Of a stretch of 64,000 bases of DNA, positions 12,085 to 24,516 are shown in pieces; position 1 is the stretch's first letter, and each line of letters begins with the position of its first letter. The notes under the pieces are model-generated. The model did not search any database. It was not told the origin of the DNA and was given only the letters and a program-made list of their open reading frames with translations. The DNA comes from Octopus vulgaris (taxonomy: Eukaryota), in the NCBI GenBank assembly GCA_951406725.2, contig OX597821.1, positions 103,540,001-103,604,000 of the forward strand. The letters are read 5' to 3'. A program made the position numbers and the translations under genes.

Positions 12085-12535
12085 CCCACATCTCGAAGGG
12101 ATGATGCAAAAATGTTACATCGACACCAGCACTTGATAGGTACTTTATTTATCAATCCCCATAGAATGAAAAGCACAGCTGGCCTCCGCAGGATTTTAAC
12201 TCGAAATGTAAAAAATCCAAAGAAATACCATTAAGCATTTTGTCGAACCCCCAATGACTTTATCAGTCCACTACCTTAGTCCCATTAGGCCCTAAAGGGA
12301 TCGCAATACCATTCGTCATTTTAAGGCGGCGAGCTTGTAGACTGGCTACCATGTTGGGAAACATGCTTATTGGTCTTTCGTCCATTTTTACGTTCTGAGT
12401 TCAAATTCCGCCAAGGTCAACTTTGCCTTTCATCCTTTTGGGGTTGATAAAAAAAGTATTAGTTGAATACTGGGCTCAATGTAAGCGACTTACCCCTCCA
12501 CTCAAAATTATTGTTCTTGTGCCAAAATTTGAAGC
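12085..12535. mobile_element. Two SINE family B copies head to head (minus 12085-12280; plus 12323-12535)
   Basis: Plus copy AAGGCGGCGAGCTTG...GAGTTCAAATTCCGCC; minus copy degenerate but colinear. Confidence 0.75.
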
Positions 12536-13021
12536 AAATAAAATTTGTCTTTTCGTTGAAAAGTTTCGTTTCATTTTTCCAAGAATATCTTGTATCTACC
12601 AGAATATTGCACGTTGTTTATTGTCAGACCACATGGCAGAAATTCATGGTGCCATACACTCTTCCGTCAAAATAGACGATCGACCTTATCTGAATAATTC
12701 TCAGGTAAGTTTTATTGGACCCATCGCGGCGAGAAGGATCCGCCCCCAACTGGGGCGTCTGTCAGATGTCTTGCTTTGAGATTGTGATGTCAGTGAAGCA
12801 ATTACATCGTAGAAGAGACATTTTACAAAATTACAAACGAAGAAAATAACTTTTATTTTGCTTTTTTTTTATTTATTTCAAAATTCATTTTTATCTTGAA
12901 AGATTGGTTTTCTTTGTAATGATGATGGTGAGATTTGTTTTCAATTTTTTACTTAGGTATAAAAGCTGCTAAAAAATTATAATTTTCATTCATACTTTTG
13001 ATTCTGTGTGTGTGTGTGTGT

Positions 13022-13534
13022 GTAGGAGCAAGCGTGGCTGCGTGGTAAATAGCTTGGTTCCCAACCACGTAGTTCCGTGTTCAGTCCCAATTGCGTTTGG
13101 TACCTTTGCCACTTTCGGCAAGTGCCTTTTACTATAGCCTCAAGGCGACCAGAGGCTTGTGAGTTGATTAGACAGAAACTAAAGGAAACCCGTCGAACAC
13201 ACACACACACACATACACACACACACGCACACACACCCACACCCACCCACCCACACATACACATGTGTATATATATATATATATGTATTTATATATGTGC
13301 ATCAGTGTATGTGTGTCTTTGTGGCTAGGATTGTTCTTCATTATTGCTTGACAATCAACGTTAGTGTGTTTACGTCTACGTAACTTAGCAGTTCGGCAAA
13401 AGAGCCAATAAAATAAGTATTGGGCTTAGAAAAACAATGAGTGCTGGGGTCAAGCAAGCGGACAAAACAATTCGTAAAGGTGGAGCTCCAGCGTGGCCGC
13501 AGTCTAATGACTGAAACAAGTGAAGGATAAAAAA
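13022..13534 (+). mobile_element. SINE family A, degenerate full copy
   Basis: Head, internal (CA)/(TA) tract and tail GCTCCAGCGTGGCCGCAGTCTAATGACTGAAACAAG. Confidence 0.85.
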
Positions 13535-13539
13535 TATAT

Positions 13540-13572
<33 letters not shown>

Positions 13573-14116
13573 CGCATATACATACATCTGTGCTCACACA
13601 CACATGCATACAAAAACACACATACATGCAGACAAACATACACATAGAAAAACATACACGTTTGTGCAAATTGTTTTTAAGAGTAAATAGATAAATAAAT
13701 TCAATAAAAACAGACACGGAATAGGAAAACCAAACACAAAAAAAAAAGAAAAATAAAGGAAAAAAAAACATACATGAATAAATAAAATCTATAATTCTAT
13801 ATTTAAAATCGAAAGAAATGGAATCAAATATTGTAAATAAAATAAATTAAAACTGTTTTGAATAACAAAGTTTGGATGAAAAAAATATGTATGATATGAA
13901 GTTAAAGAAAACACTTTATGATGATTGCATTTAAATACAAGTAATGGAATAAAAACTAAATTGTTATAGCCAGAGAACCAACACAAATAATAAACATTAT
14001 AGTTTAAATGTAAATAAAACTTTAACGATGATATATTTTCTGAACTGTTTGAATATTATATGCGTACATACATACAAATACATATATGTATGTGTATAGA
14101 TATAGTTACACCCCCC

Positions 14117-14173
<57 letters not shown>

Positions 14174-14403
14174 TAGATATATGTTTTGATATGTATATAT
14201 GCATATATATATACACATATACATATATATATATATATAGACACTTATGCACACATTCAGACACATTCACATATGCGCATACACATACAAGCATATATAT
14301 ATATTCATACAAATATAAACATACATTCATAAACATATTATTCACGTAGACATTCACATAAAACATTCATTCACACATACACATACTGTATAAATACTTA
14401 CAT

Positions 14404-14436
<33 letters not shown>

Positions 14437-14988
14437 CACACGCACACACACAGAGACACACATTTTGGTTCGAAATGAAAATGTATAATGAATTGTTTTT
14501 AGTTTTTATAGTCAATACAATGTTCTGTATAATGATTTTATGCGGTAATTTCTCTTTTAGTGAGCACTCTACTTATAAGTGTTAACGAATATACATTTTA
14601 GGCATTTTCTTTATATATGCACTTCTCTTCTACCCTTTGTAATTACGATATGATTCGCTATAATCTTATTTTAAGGATCGGTTCTTGAACTCAGCAATAT
14701 ACACTTAACTCTCTCTCTCTCTCTCTCCCTTTCTCTCACACACACACGCACTCACACATGCACACATGCGCAAGCACAAGTATAATGTGTTTGTTGTTGA
14801 TTAATGTGTTGGTTGTAGTACTGAAGAAATAGCAAGAACTTCTGAAATATGTATATACACTCATTGCCTATTCTGTATTAGATCGCTTTGTTTACAAAGT
14901 CGCATTCATATACGAAAGGTCGTAACTTTCAGCGTTGGCTCTAGTTTCTATCAAGAAAATTTGCAGAGATAATTTGAAAATGGGAATA

Positions 14989-15380
14989 GGCGTAGGAGTG
15001 AGTGTGTGGTAAGTAGCTTGCTTACGAACCACATGGTTCCGGGTTCAGTCTCACTGCGTGGCAGCTTGGGTAAGTGTCTTCTACTATAGCCTCGGGCCGA
15101 CCAAAGCTTGTGAGTGAATGTGATAGACGGAAACTGAAGTCGTATATGTATATATATATATATATGTGTGTGTGTCTGTGTTTGTCCCCCATAACATCGC
15201 TTGACAACTGATGCTGGTGTGTTTACGTCCCCGTAACTTAGCGGTTCGGCAAAAGTGACCGATAGAATAAGTACTATGCTCACAAAGAATAAGTCTTGGG
15301 GTTGATTGGCTCGACTAAAGGCGGTGCTCCAGCGTGGCCATATTCAAATGACTGAAACGAGTAAAAGAGTAAAAGAGTAA
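14989..15380 (+). mobile_element. SINE family A, full length
   Basis: GGCGTAGGAGTG.. head to (GTAAAAGA)n tail; high similarity to the copy at 42071. Confidence 0.92.
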
Positions 15381-15422
15381 TAACACTGCGTTAGACAGGT
15401 GGAAAACAGTAGTCACTTTCTT

Positions 15423-16195
15423 CAGTAATCACTCGCCATATCGCGGTTCACCTATCGTGCTCTCAGTACATCATCGTTCACCTATCACGCCCTCAGTAAC
15501 ATTGTGCTTCACCTATCGCGCCCTCAGTACATCGTGGAAATTTCTGGCTACTATATGTAAATTTATATCGCGGACGCCTCACTGTATCACGGGTGTCAGC
15601 GGCCCCATAGGTATTTATATTTTTTATTATATTTTAATTATTTCTGTGATAAAAAATTAATAAATTAATAAAGAAAAATAGAGTACCGTATTGCACTGTA
15701 TAACAAGAGTACTCAGACAGCACAAACCTCCGCCAATGTAACACCAACATCCTCTCAACTATTAGCCTGAAATGAATTTAAAATTAAGACTCTCTGAAAT
15801 AAACTCGACTGCTCTCATAAACGAGAATATTTAAAATAAACCCAACTGCTCTAAAAAATTAATTAAAAAAACAGGAAAAATACTCCAGAATCCTTGCCCA
15901 GTACCGGATCGATCCCGAATTTTAATCTCTTCGTGGCAGTTGCGAGGCCAAATATCACTGAAAGTTTCATCCGAATCTATCTAACGGTTCTTGAGATATC
16001 TTGTTCACGGAGAGACAAACACGAGTGAAAACAATACCTCCACCTTAGCGAAGGTGGAGGTAATAAAGTAAATATATACAAGTTATAAAAATAATAATAA
16101 TAAATATAAAGCACAGAACTGTTTCTACTTCGCGGATTTTCACTTATCGCGACGGGTTTGGGAACGTAACACCCGCGATAGTCGAGGGATTATTG
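15423..16195. mobile_element. pogo/Tigger-like (Tc1-mariner superfamily) non-autonomous element
   Basis: Left TIR CAGTAATCACTCGCCATATCGCGG; right TIR reverse complement CAATAATCCCTCGACTATCGCGG, followed by TA; subterminal ~30-bp repeats TTCACCTATC...CTCAGTA x3 at 15447-15535. Confidence 0.7.
15702..16064. mobile_element. Helentron-associated (HINE/DINE-like) element nested in the MITE
   Basis: Subterminal ACCTCCGCC at about 15726 and terminal stem-loop ACCTCCACCTT-AGCG-AAGGTGGAGGT at 16036-16061; starts AACAAGAG; A-rich flanks, no TSD. Confidence 0.6.
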
Positions 16196-16219
16196 TAAGC
16201 CCTTAAATATAAAGGGTAA

Positions 16220-16490
16220 GGACCCCCTTCCGAGGCACCGGGCAAGGTTCTTTACGGAAGACCAGCAGTCACTCAGGGATGCCAGCCTCATGACACGAAG
16301 GTTATCCAAGAGAAAGACAAAAGGCCGATACATTTCGGCACCAGTAACGCTGCAACTTATTTCTACAGATGAGAGAACTGAAGCAACGTGAAATAAAGAA
16401 CACAACACACAGCCCAGTCCGGAAATCGTACTCACTACATCATGATTGTGATCTCGACGTTCTGAGTTCTGAGCTCTGAGGTATGCGCCT
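16220..16490 (-). mobile_element. SINE family D, degenerate
   Basis: Colinear with 40450-40783 (CCGGGCAAGGTT..GGAAGACCAGCAGTC; AGCAACGTGAAATAAAG). Confidence 0.75.
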
Positions 16491-16664
16491 TAGATATTCT
16501 TTGTCGTATATTATGACTACATAACGAAATACGGTGACCTTACTAGCAATTAATGCACACACACACATATATGTGTGTATAGTGCATGTGTTTATTTGGC
16601 CAAAAAATGAAATGACCATCCCGAAATGCAACAATATATGTGTGTGTGTGTGTGTATGTATGTA

Positions 16665-16696
<32 letters not shown>

Positions 16697-16706
16697 CACA
16701 CACACA

Positions 16707-16921
16707 CGAGGGGTGTTGGAAAGTTCCTGGATTTGGGTAACAGAAAACACAGGAAGATCAGTTAATTATGTTTTTATCCAACATACTCCCCTCTCAGATT
16801 TACACATATATTGCAACGGTCCTTCAGTTTTTCTAAACCATATAAAAGAACTCGGACGATTGGCCTTCCAGCCAGACCTTTGCGACACCCTTAAAATCTG
16901 GTACTTTTTAGCACCCTCCTG
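16707..16921. mobile_element. Mariner-like MITE
   Basis: Left CGAGGGGTGTTGGAAAGTTCC; right reverse complement CAGGAGGGTGCTAAAAAGTACC, flanked by TA on the right. Confidence 0.6.
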
Positions 16922-17738
16922 TATATCTCAGTGTGTGAGATATTGCGAAGTAAGCGTGCTATAAATATCCCGAGAGCAATGCTCACATTCCTATCCTTTT
17001 CGCTCTTAAACAAGTGATTCAATGCGCACATTAAATCTGAGATATGTAATTCAAGAAGGTCCACCATTTTTGTTTGCATATACATTAAAAATGAATGTGA
17101 TGCTGTAATGTTTACTCTATCGAAGTAATGAAAGTTACCCAATCCCAGCAATGTATCTTTCTGATGGTGTTTGCCTTTTGGTTTCTTGAGAATTTACTTG
17201 GAACTCAACGGCTGTCTGTCAGCTTGGAATATGGCCAACGAGTTTATTCCACTCTAGGAACTGCTGCAGAGTATGCATAATACATGAAACATCATTTTCA
17301 TGTTGTATTAGTATAATATCCTGCAAAAACATAGCTATACTATTGATTTCCGTTGTATATACATGAAATATCAATCCATAAAAATGAAGACAGCAGAGTA
17401 CCCAGTGGCATAACAGAGTGCGATAAATTTTGACTGTGTCGCTGTAAGAGATTATGATAATTAATAATTAAATATATCATTTAGATGAATTAAAATTATA
17501 CTTGATAGCTTCATATTCGTCTATCTGTCCGCATATCTGTGCCTAGCTATCAGTCCGTCTGTCTGTCTATCTATCTGTCTGTCTATTTGTCTGTCTCTCT
17601 TTCTCTAACCATCTCTGTCTCTCTGTCATTCCGTCTATCTGTGTGTGTATGCATGTGTGTTTGTGCGGGTTTCTGTATTTGTGTGTAATTGATGATAGCA
17701 ATTTTCTCTGTAGTTTCAGATCCCAATCGAAAAGAGAA

Positions 17739-17801
<63 letters not shown>

Positions 17802-18097
17802 AGAAGGAGAGAGCGAGAGATAGTGATAGAGAGAGTGAAAGAGAAAGAGATAGAGAGAGAGAGAGAGAATTTGACAAGAACAGAGAAGCAATAATGAAAT
17901 GCAGTCGGAAAAGAACGAAATATTTTATCGGAAGTCGCTGTGGACAGTGACATTTACGATGGAAAGAGCATGACCTGTACTCTAATTGATATGTCTGACG
18001 AGAATATGATTAAAATTGCAATAAAATTTGACTTAAATATAAATCATAATTTAATCTTTATAATAATGCAACTGCTTAAATTGGTTAAAATATGATT

Positions 18098-18555
18098 TTC
18101 AAATTTTAACACAACGCCAGCAATTTATGGGGAGGGAATGAATTTATCACATCGATAAATTAACTGGTATGTAGTTTAGTGATTAAATAGTATTAACTGG
18201 TATGTATTTTATCGATCTGGAAGGGGTGAAAGTCAAAGTCGACCTTAACGGAATTTTAATTCGGATCGTAAAAATGGACGAAATGCCGCTAAAGCCCTTT
18301 GCCTGGCGCGCTTAAAACTCTGCCAGCTCGCCGCGTTAAATCTGCTAAAAATATTGGTTTCAATTTTTGGCACAAGGCCAGCAATTTATGGGGAGGAGTA
18401 AGTCGATTACATCGTCCTTAGTTCTCAACTGGGACTTACTTTATCGACCTCGAGACGCTGAAAGACAGAGTCGAAATTTGAGCTCAGATCTTAAAGAGGG
18501 ACGAAATGCCGTTAAGAATTTTGCTCGAATTTCTAACGATATTACCATCTCAGCG
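18098..18555 (-). mobile_element. Two tandem SINE family B copies
   Basis: AAAGTCGACC..GGAATTT..GACGAAATGCCGCTAA..CTGCCAGCTCGCCGC, repeated. Confidence 0.75.
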
Positions 18556-18639
18556 CTTTTAATTGGCTAAAAATATTTTTAAACCGAATATTCAGAAATA
18601 ATTATGCTTGTCATAACCAGAGTAATATTTAAGAGATGA

Positions 18640-18760
18640 GGAATTATGTACGTTATTTACATGATTTACATTTGACAGATATTTGTCCTCATCTTGTTTG
18701 TTACTAAGACAACATTTCGGCTGGTATACCCTCCAGCCTTCATCAGGTGTCTTGGGGAAT
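18640..18760 (-). mobile_element. Inverted copy of the SINE H tail, with hammerhead motif at 18706-18751, abutting the SINE H head
   Basis: Reverse complement reads CCCCAAGACAC-CTGATGA-AGGCTG..CAGCC-GAAAT-GTT..AAACAAGATGAGGACAAATATC. Confidence 0.82.
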
Positions 18761-18770
18761 TATGCTCACG

Positions 18771-19232
<462 letters not shown>

Positions 19233-19399
19233 GCAATGTAATATTGTGAATAGTTCAGATCCTTCAAGAGAAATTTTCGTATTATTTGTGATAACGCTTT
19301 CGTCAGTCTTTTCAAATAGTATTTTGTTACAAAAACGACAGTCCTGAGTTCCTAAGTTCTTCCTTAACTGCTTGATTTGAGAAGTAATCGTTTGTGGTG

Positions 19400-19545
19400 G
19401 TTCAGAAACTCACTTTGCACGCACATGGTTCCGGGATTAGTTTCATGGAGCGGGACCTGGAACAAGTGTCATCTACTATATTCCAGGGTTGACTAGTGCT
19501 TTGTGAGTGAAGTTAGTGGGCGGAAATTGTGTGGAAGCCCATTGT
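19400..19545 (+). mobile_element. SINE family A, degenerate 5' half
   Basis: CACATGGTTCCGGG..CAAGTGTCATCTACTATA..TTGTGAGTG..GGAAGCCC. Confidence 0.65.
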
Positions 19546-19555
19546 ATATATATAT

Positions 19556-19815
19556 ATATTGTTGTATTTAGGAATGGTCATGTTGCCAGTTTAGCTAATA
19601 AAAACACACGCACTATATATTTGGTGTTACTTTGCGTCAGCGTTATTTATTTTTTACATTAATCTTAATCTTATTAATCTTAATAATTAACTCTGAAGCA
19701 AAGTAACACCAATAATATAGTGCGTGTGTTTTTATTGGCTAAACTGGCAACATGACCATTCCTAAATACAACAATATCGGTTTCAACACACGATTTCACA
19801 TCAAAAATCTTGCAA

Positions 19816-19820
<5 letters not shown>
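19556..19820. mobile_element. (TA)n-embedded fold-back element, copy 1
   Basis: Arms 19556-19645 and about 19685-19777 are reverse complements; unique tail to 19820; homologous to 20178-20541. Confidence 0.85.
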
Positions 19821-19859
<39 letters not shown>

Positions 19860-20177
19860 AATGAAATAGTGAGAGATTATCAATCCGGGCAAAATACTTT
19901 ATGAGTTCTCTGTTGGCACACCAGGCAAGCAATATTATCTAGATATGTGAAGAACTCAAAGCAATGGCTCTCATGAAAGTAGAATTAATTCTCTTTGGTT
20001 GGTCAATTTAGTTCAATTGATCATTAGACCAATTGTGTAAGCCTATCAGTAATGTACCTATAATGACTACTGGAAACAGCTGTAAGCAAAATTTGCTGCA
20101 ATAAAGGAATTATATGCAGTGACCGTTGTCTCTTATGCATACATACATATACACCTATGTATACATACTTATATATA

Positions 20178-20535
20178 TATATTGTTATATTTCGGAATGG
20201 TCATTTTGCCAGTTTAGCCAATAAAAACACGCACTACATATTTGGTGTTACTTTGCTTCAGTATTATTTATTTTTTACATTAATCTTAATCTTATTTCGG
20301 CAAGAATTCTTTCGTCGCACTCCTGTGACCGCATCAGTGGTCCTTTGTTTTCTTCTTTCTTATTTGTGTCTCTCCTTACTAAGCGTCAGCCATTTTGTAA
20401 AAAATAAATAACACTGAAGCAAAATAACACCAAATATATAGTGCGTGTGTTTTTATTGGTTAAACTGGCAAAATGACCATTCCGAAATATAACGATATCT
20501 GTTTCAACACACGACTTCACATAAAAAATCTTGCT

Positions 20536-20541
<6 letters not shown>
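20178..20541. mobile_element. (TA)n-embedded fold-back element, copy 2
   Basis: Arms 20178-20280 and 20395-20497; longer loop with hammerhead-like remnants on the minus strand (CTGATGC..GACGAAAGAATTCTT). Confidence 0.85.
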
Positions 20542-20606
<65 letters not shown>

Positions 20607-21029
20607 AGTGTCCGGTAGAATAATTGCCAGATGTAAAAATGAGTTGTTCAACTAATCTTATCAAGGTTGTGCTCCAGTATGGCCGCAGTCCCATGACTGG
20701 AACAAGTGAAAGTGCAAACACAATATATAAAGGTGAAGCTAGAAATCTGTGGTGGGGGTAGAGGTGATAGTCAATTAAATCGATCTTAATATTTGGCTGT
20801 CAGATTCTTTTCATCGACCCCACCCCGCCGGGAGGATGAAAGGAAACAGCTAACCTCTTTTGCATTTGAACCTAGAACGTAATGCACGAAAATTGTTCAA
20901 CACTTCAATGATTATCTCAGTCTTACAGGCCTGAAGAGCCAGAACTACAAAGCATTTTACCTCCCGAGTTCAAATCTTGCTGAGAACATACTATCGGGTC
21001 TTGTTCCGAGAGTTGAAAAGAATATATTA

Positions 21030-21390
21030 ACTTTTACGTTCTGAGTTCACATTCCGCCGAGGTCGACTTTGCCTTTCATCCTTTTGAGGTTAATAAATTA
21101 AGTACCAGTTACGCACTGGGGTCGATCTAATCGACTTAATCCCTTTGTCTGTCCTTGTTTGTCCCCTCCATGTTTAGCCCCTAGTGGGCAATAAAGAAAT
21201 ACGAAACGTTAGCATGCCGGGCGAAATTCTTAGCGGTATTTTGTCTGTCGTTACGTTCTTAGCTCAAATTTTGCCTTTCATCCTTTCGGGGTCGATAAAT
21301 TAAGTACCAGTTGCGTACTGGGGTCGATCTAATCGACTGGCTACATCCCCCAAAATTTCAGGTCTTGTGCCTAGAGTAGAAAATAATTAT
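21030..21390 (+). mobile_element. SINE family B dimer with two different tail types
   Basis: First unit ends GGGCAATAAAGAAATA; second ends CCCCAAAATTTCAGGTCTTGTGCCTAGAGTAGAAA. Confidence 0.85.
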
Positions 21391-21530
21391 GTTTAATGCT
21401 GTAGCAAATCTTCACACCAGCAGTCTGGTCTGAGAAATAGCTTCTCTTTTCCCCCATGCCAAACATAGAATAGACCAAGCCGAATGCTATGCCTTAGATT
21501 GCATCCACTGAGCAAGCCATCAGCTATTCT

Positions 21531-21860
21531 TTTATTCTCTTCTTTTTCTTGTTCCAGGCATTCGACTGCGGTCATGCTGGAGCACCGCCTTTAGTCGAAC
21601 AAATCGACCCTACAACTCATTCTTTGTAATCCTAGCACTTTATTCTATCGATTCTTTTGCCGATCCACTATGTTACGGTAACGTAAACACACCAACAGCG
21701 GTTGTCAAGTGAAGATGGGGGAACAAACACAAACACACAAATACATGCATGCATATATATATATATACACGACAGGCTTCTTTCAGTTTCTGTCTACCAA
21801 ATCCACTAATAAGGCTTCTGTCGGCCAGCGTTTATAGTGGAAAACACTTGCAGAAGGTGC
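21531..21860 (-). mobile_element. SINE family A, 5'-truncated
   Basis: Tail, internal microsatellite and part of the 5' half. Confidence 0.85.
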
Positions 21861-21914
21861 AATTTATGTTGACTCTTGCTTCAGAAGACGTTACTTGATG
21901 AATTTTGGAAAATC

Positions 21915-22472
21915 AAGCATTTCTTTGTAGGCCTGGTACTTATTCAATGGGTTCCCTATTGCTGAACCGCTAAGTTACGGGGACGTATACTCACCAGCAT
22001 CGGTTGACAAGTGATGGTGTGTGTGCGTGCGGGGGGGGGGGGACAAGCACAGACACACAGATACGTATACATATATAGGAGGAACAAAGGCCAATTTCAT
22101 AAGGCTTAATTTGCCCCAATTCAAGCGAGTGCCAGATTGGCGTAGTCGTGTAGGCCTACGCCTCTGGAGCCGGCGATCTGGGTTCGAATCCCGCTGGGAT
22201 CGTGAGAAAAAAGAACCTTCACACCTGGGTTCTCTCTAGTGTAACCAGCTGCAAACAGATATTTAGCCCTTCTCAGGGCCGAAGCTGGGAACCAGAGAAA
22301 CCAATCCCACCTAAGGCGTACTAAAACGGACAGCAGGTGGACATCCGGGAGTAATGACTCGGATGTGGGCCGACCCCCTCAGAGTGTCAGGATTTAAAGG
22401 TCGAAACTCTTGCCTAAAGGGGATTTCTCCTCTTAGGACCACCTGCGGTTACGCTCTCCTCGAGTTTCTGTC

Positions 22473-22543
<71 letters not shown>

Positions 22544-22681
22544 CACGACAGGATTCTTTCAGTTTCTGTCTGCCAAATCGACTCACAAGTCTTTGGGTGG
22601 CTCGAGGCTATAGTAGAAGACATTTGCCAAAGATGCCATGTGGTTGGTAAGCAAGCTTCTTATCACACAGCCACTCCTGCG
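21915..22681 (-). mobile_element. SINE family A split by an insertion in its internal TA tract
   Basis: 3' half at 21915-22070; 5' half at 22545-22681. Confidence 0.8.
22077..22475 (+). mobile_element. GC-rich tRNA-derived element (family G) inserted in a (TA)n tract
   Basis: A box TGGCGTAGTCG (22138), B box GGTTCGAATCC (22182), several hairpins downstream, TA runs on both sides. Confidence 0.65.
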
Positions 22682-23590
22682 ATTATTCTTTTCAAAGCAA
22701 CACGTAAACCATACGATACAAAATTATGTAACATACTGATATTTAGATATATCGATTTGGCTTTGACATGAAGAGAAAACAAAATCATAGATTAACTTTG
22801 TAACACTACTACTTATCAACGTTTATATTCTTTATATTGACTATTGTCAGCAATAACTTTTATTGTTTCCCTGTTTGCAAAGAGGCCATTCGCTGGTTTA
22901 CTGTGATATAACAAGAGTAACAAAGCATTTTCGGTACAACTTGGGCAAAACAAGTGCAACAAAAGCGTTTTCTTTGTGAAGCACCAGTTTTCTCCTAGTT
23001 TACGTATATATTTTGCCCTTATACATCGACAAGATGTAGATATACATAAATTTTCGAGTATTAATTTTCATTCGGAAAATTATTAGTTGATATTATATTT
23101 GTTCAAGACGAACTAATCGTTCATTTGGTTCCCAAACTTATCGGGCTGCCGTCCCCTTGATACAGGGCGCATTCCTAGCGCCCCAGCCCAACTAACCATC
23201 ACAAAAAAAGACCGTTATCTAAAGCAAATTAAAAGCAACTGCATTTCAAAAATAAAACTTAACCTAATGAAACCATTATTTTGTTGTTTTTACATGAATT
23301 GCCACTCCATTGTCGCCCTAATGTTTTATGTATCGCTACCCCAGCATCGCCCCACTTTTCTTCAACGCCCACTTCGAACTTTACATTGCCCTCAGGGGGG
23401 GTGGCTATACTGACCACTTTGAGAAGCACTGATTTAGAGGAACTACACAAAATTCACATGTAGTACTCAGACAATCTGCGTACACACAACGTCAGTATCA
23501 TAGATGGGTAAACAGAAAGATAGAAACACAACACACACATACAGAAGGGCGGATAAATAGGAGGACAGACAGATGCAGACATAGAGATAA

Positions 23591-23629
<39 letters not shown>

Positions 23630-23634
<5 letters not shown>

Positions 23635-23810
23635 AATCCCCAAAATGGTGAACAAACACAAAAAACAACAACACGAGGACGTGGTACATATAAAGTATTA
23701 GCAGACGATCAGGGAAAGAAAGAAAGGTGGTTTAACATTTCGAGCATCGCTCTTCTTGAGAAACAGGAGAGAGTGCAATAGAAAGGAAGACGGAGGAAGA
23801 AAATCGCCAG
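23630..23810 (-). mobile_element. (TA)n-associated element family TA-2 (Penelope pLTR-like), degenerate
   Basis: Reverse complement colinear with 53826-54032, including the AAGAGC..GCTCGAAA.GTTAAAC motif; partial plus-strand tail at 24075-24155. Confidence 0.7.
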
Positions 23811-23811
23811 A

Positions 23812-23988
23812 TTGGAGCAATCTCGAGTATAAACAGCCGAAATTGCTAAGATAATCTGGTACTCGACTGAAGAAAGAAAACTCCGAATGACCCGTCCTTG
23901 TTTTCTTTGTATCTTCTATCTGGTCGTTTTGTTATCCCTTTTTCGTATCACCTAACTGTCGGATGTTCTGCGTTCTTGTCCCATTTTG

Positions 23989-23990
<2 letters not shown>
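23812..23990 (+). mobile_element. (TA)n-associated element family TA-3
   Basis: GCCGAAA.TGC..ATCT.GTACTCGACTG..AGAAA.CTCCGAATGA.CCGTCCTTGTTTT shared with the minus-strand copy at 31986-32150. Confidence 0.7.
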
Positions 23991-24066
<76 letters not shown>

Positions 24067-24188
24067 ATGAATGTATAACACTGTACTTATTCCAGTCCTC
24101 GCGATGTTGTTTTTTGTTGTCTTTTTTTGCTTGTTCATGTTTGGATTAACTATGTGTATATATATATTTATATATAAACATACATATA

Positions 24189-24277
<89 letters not shown>

Positions 24278-24428
24278 TCAATAAATGGTGGGGTTGTGTT
24301 AGATTGATTGATTGAGAGAGAGAGAGGGGGTGAGAGTATACATCTAGGTAGCGAGATTCTTTCTTTATATTTCTGCCTATCTGTCTACCTATCTCTTCCT
24401 CTACTTATCTATGTCTCTCTCTCCCCTC

Positions 24429-24516
<88 letters not shown>

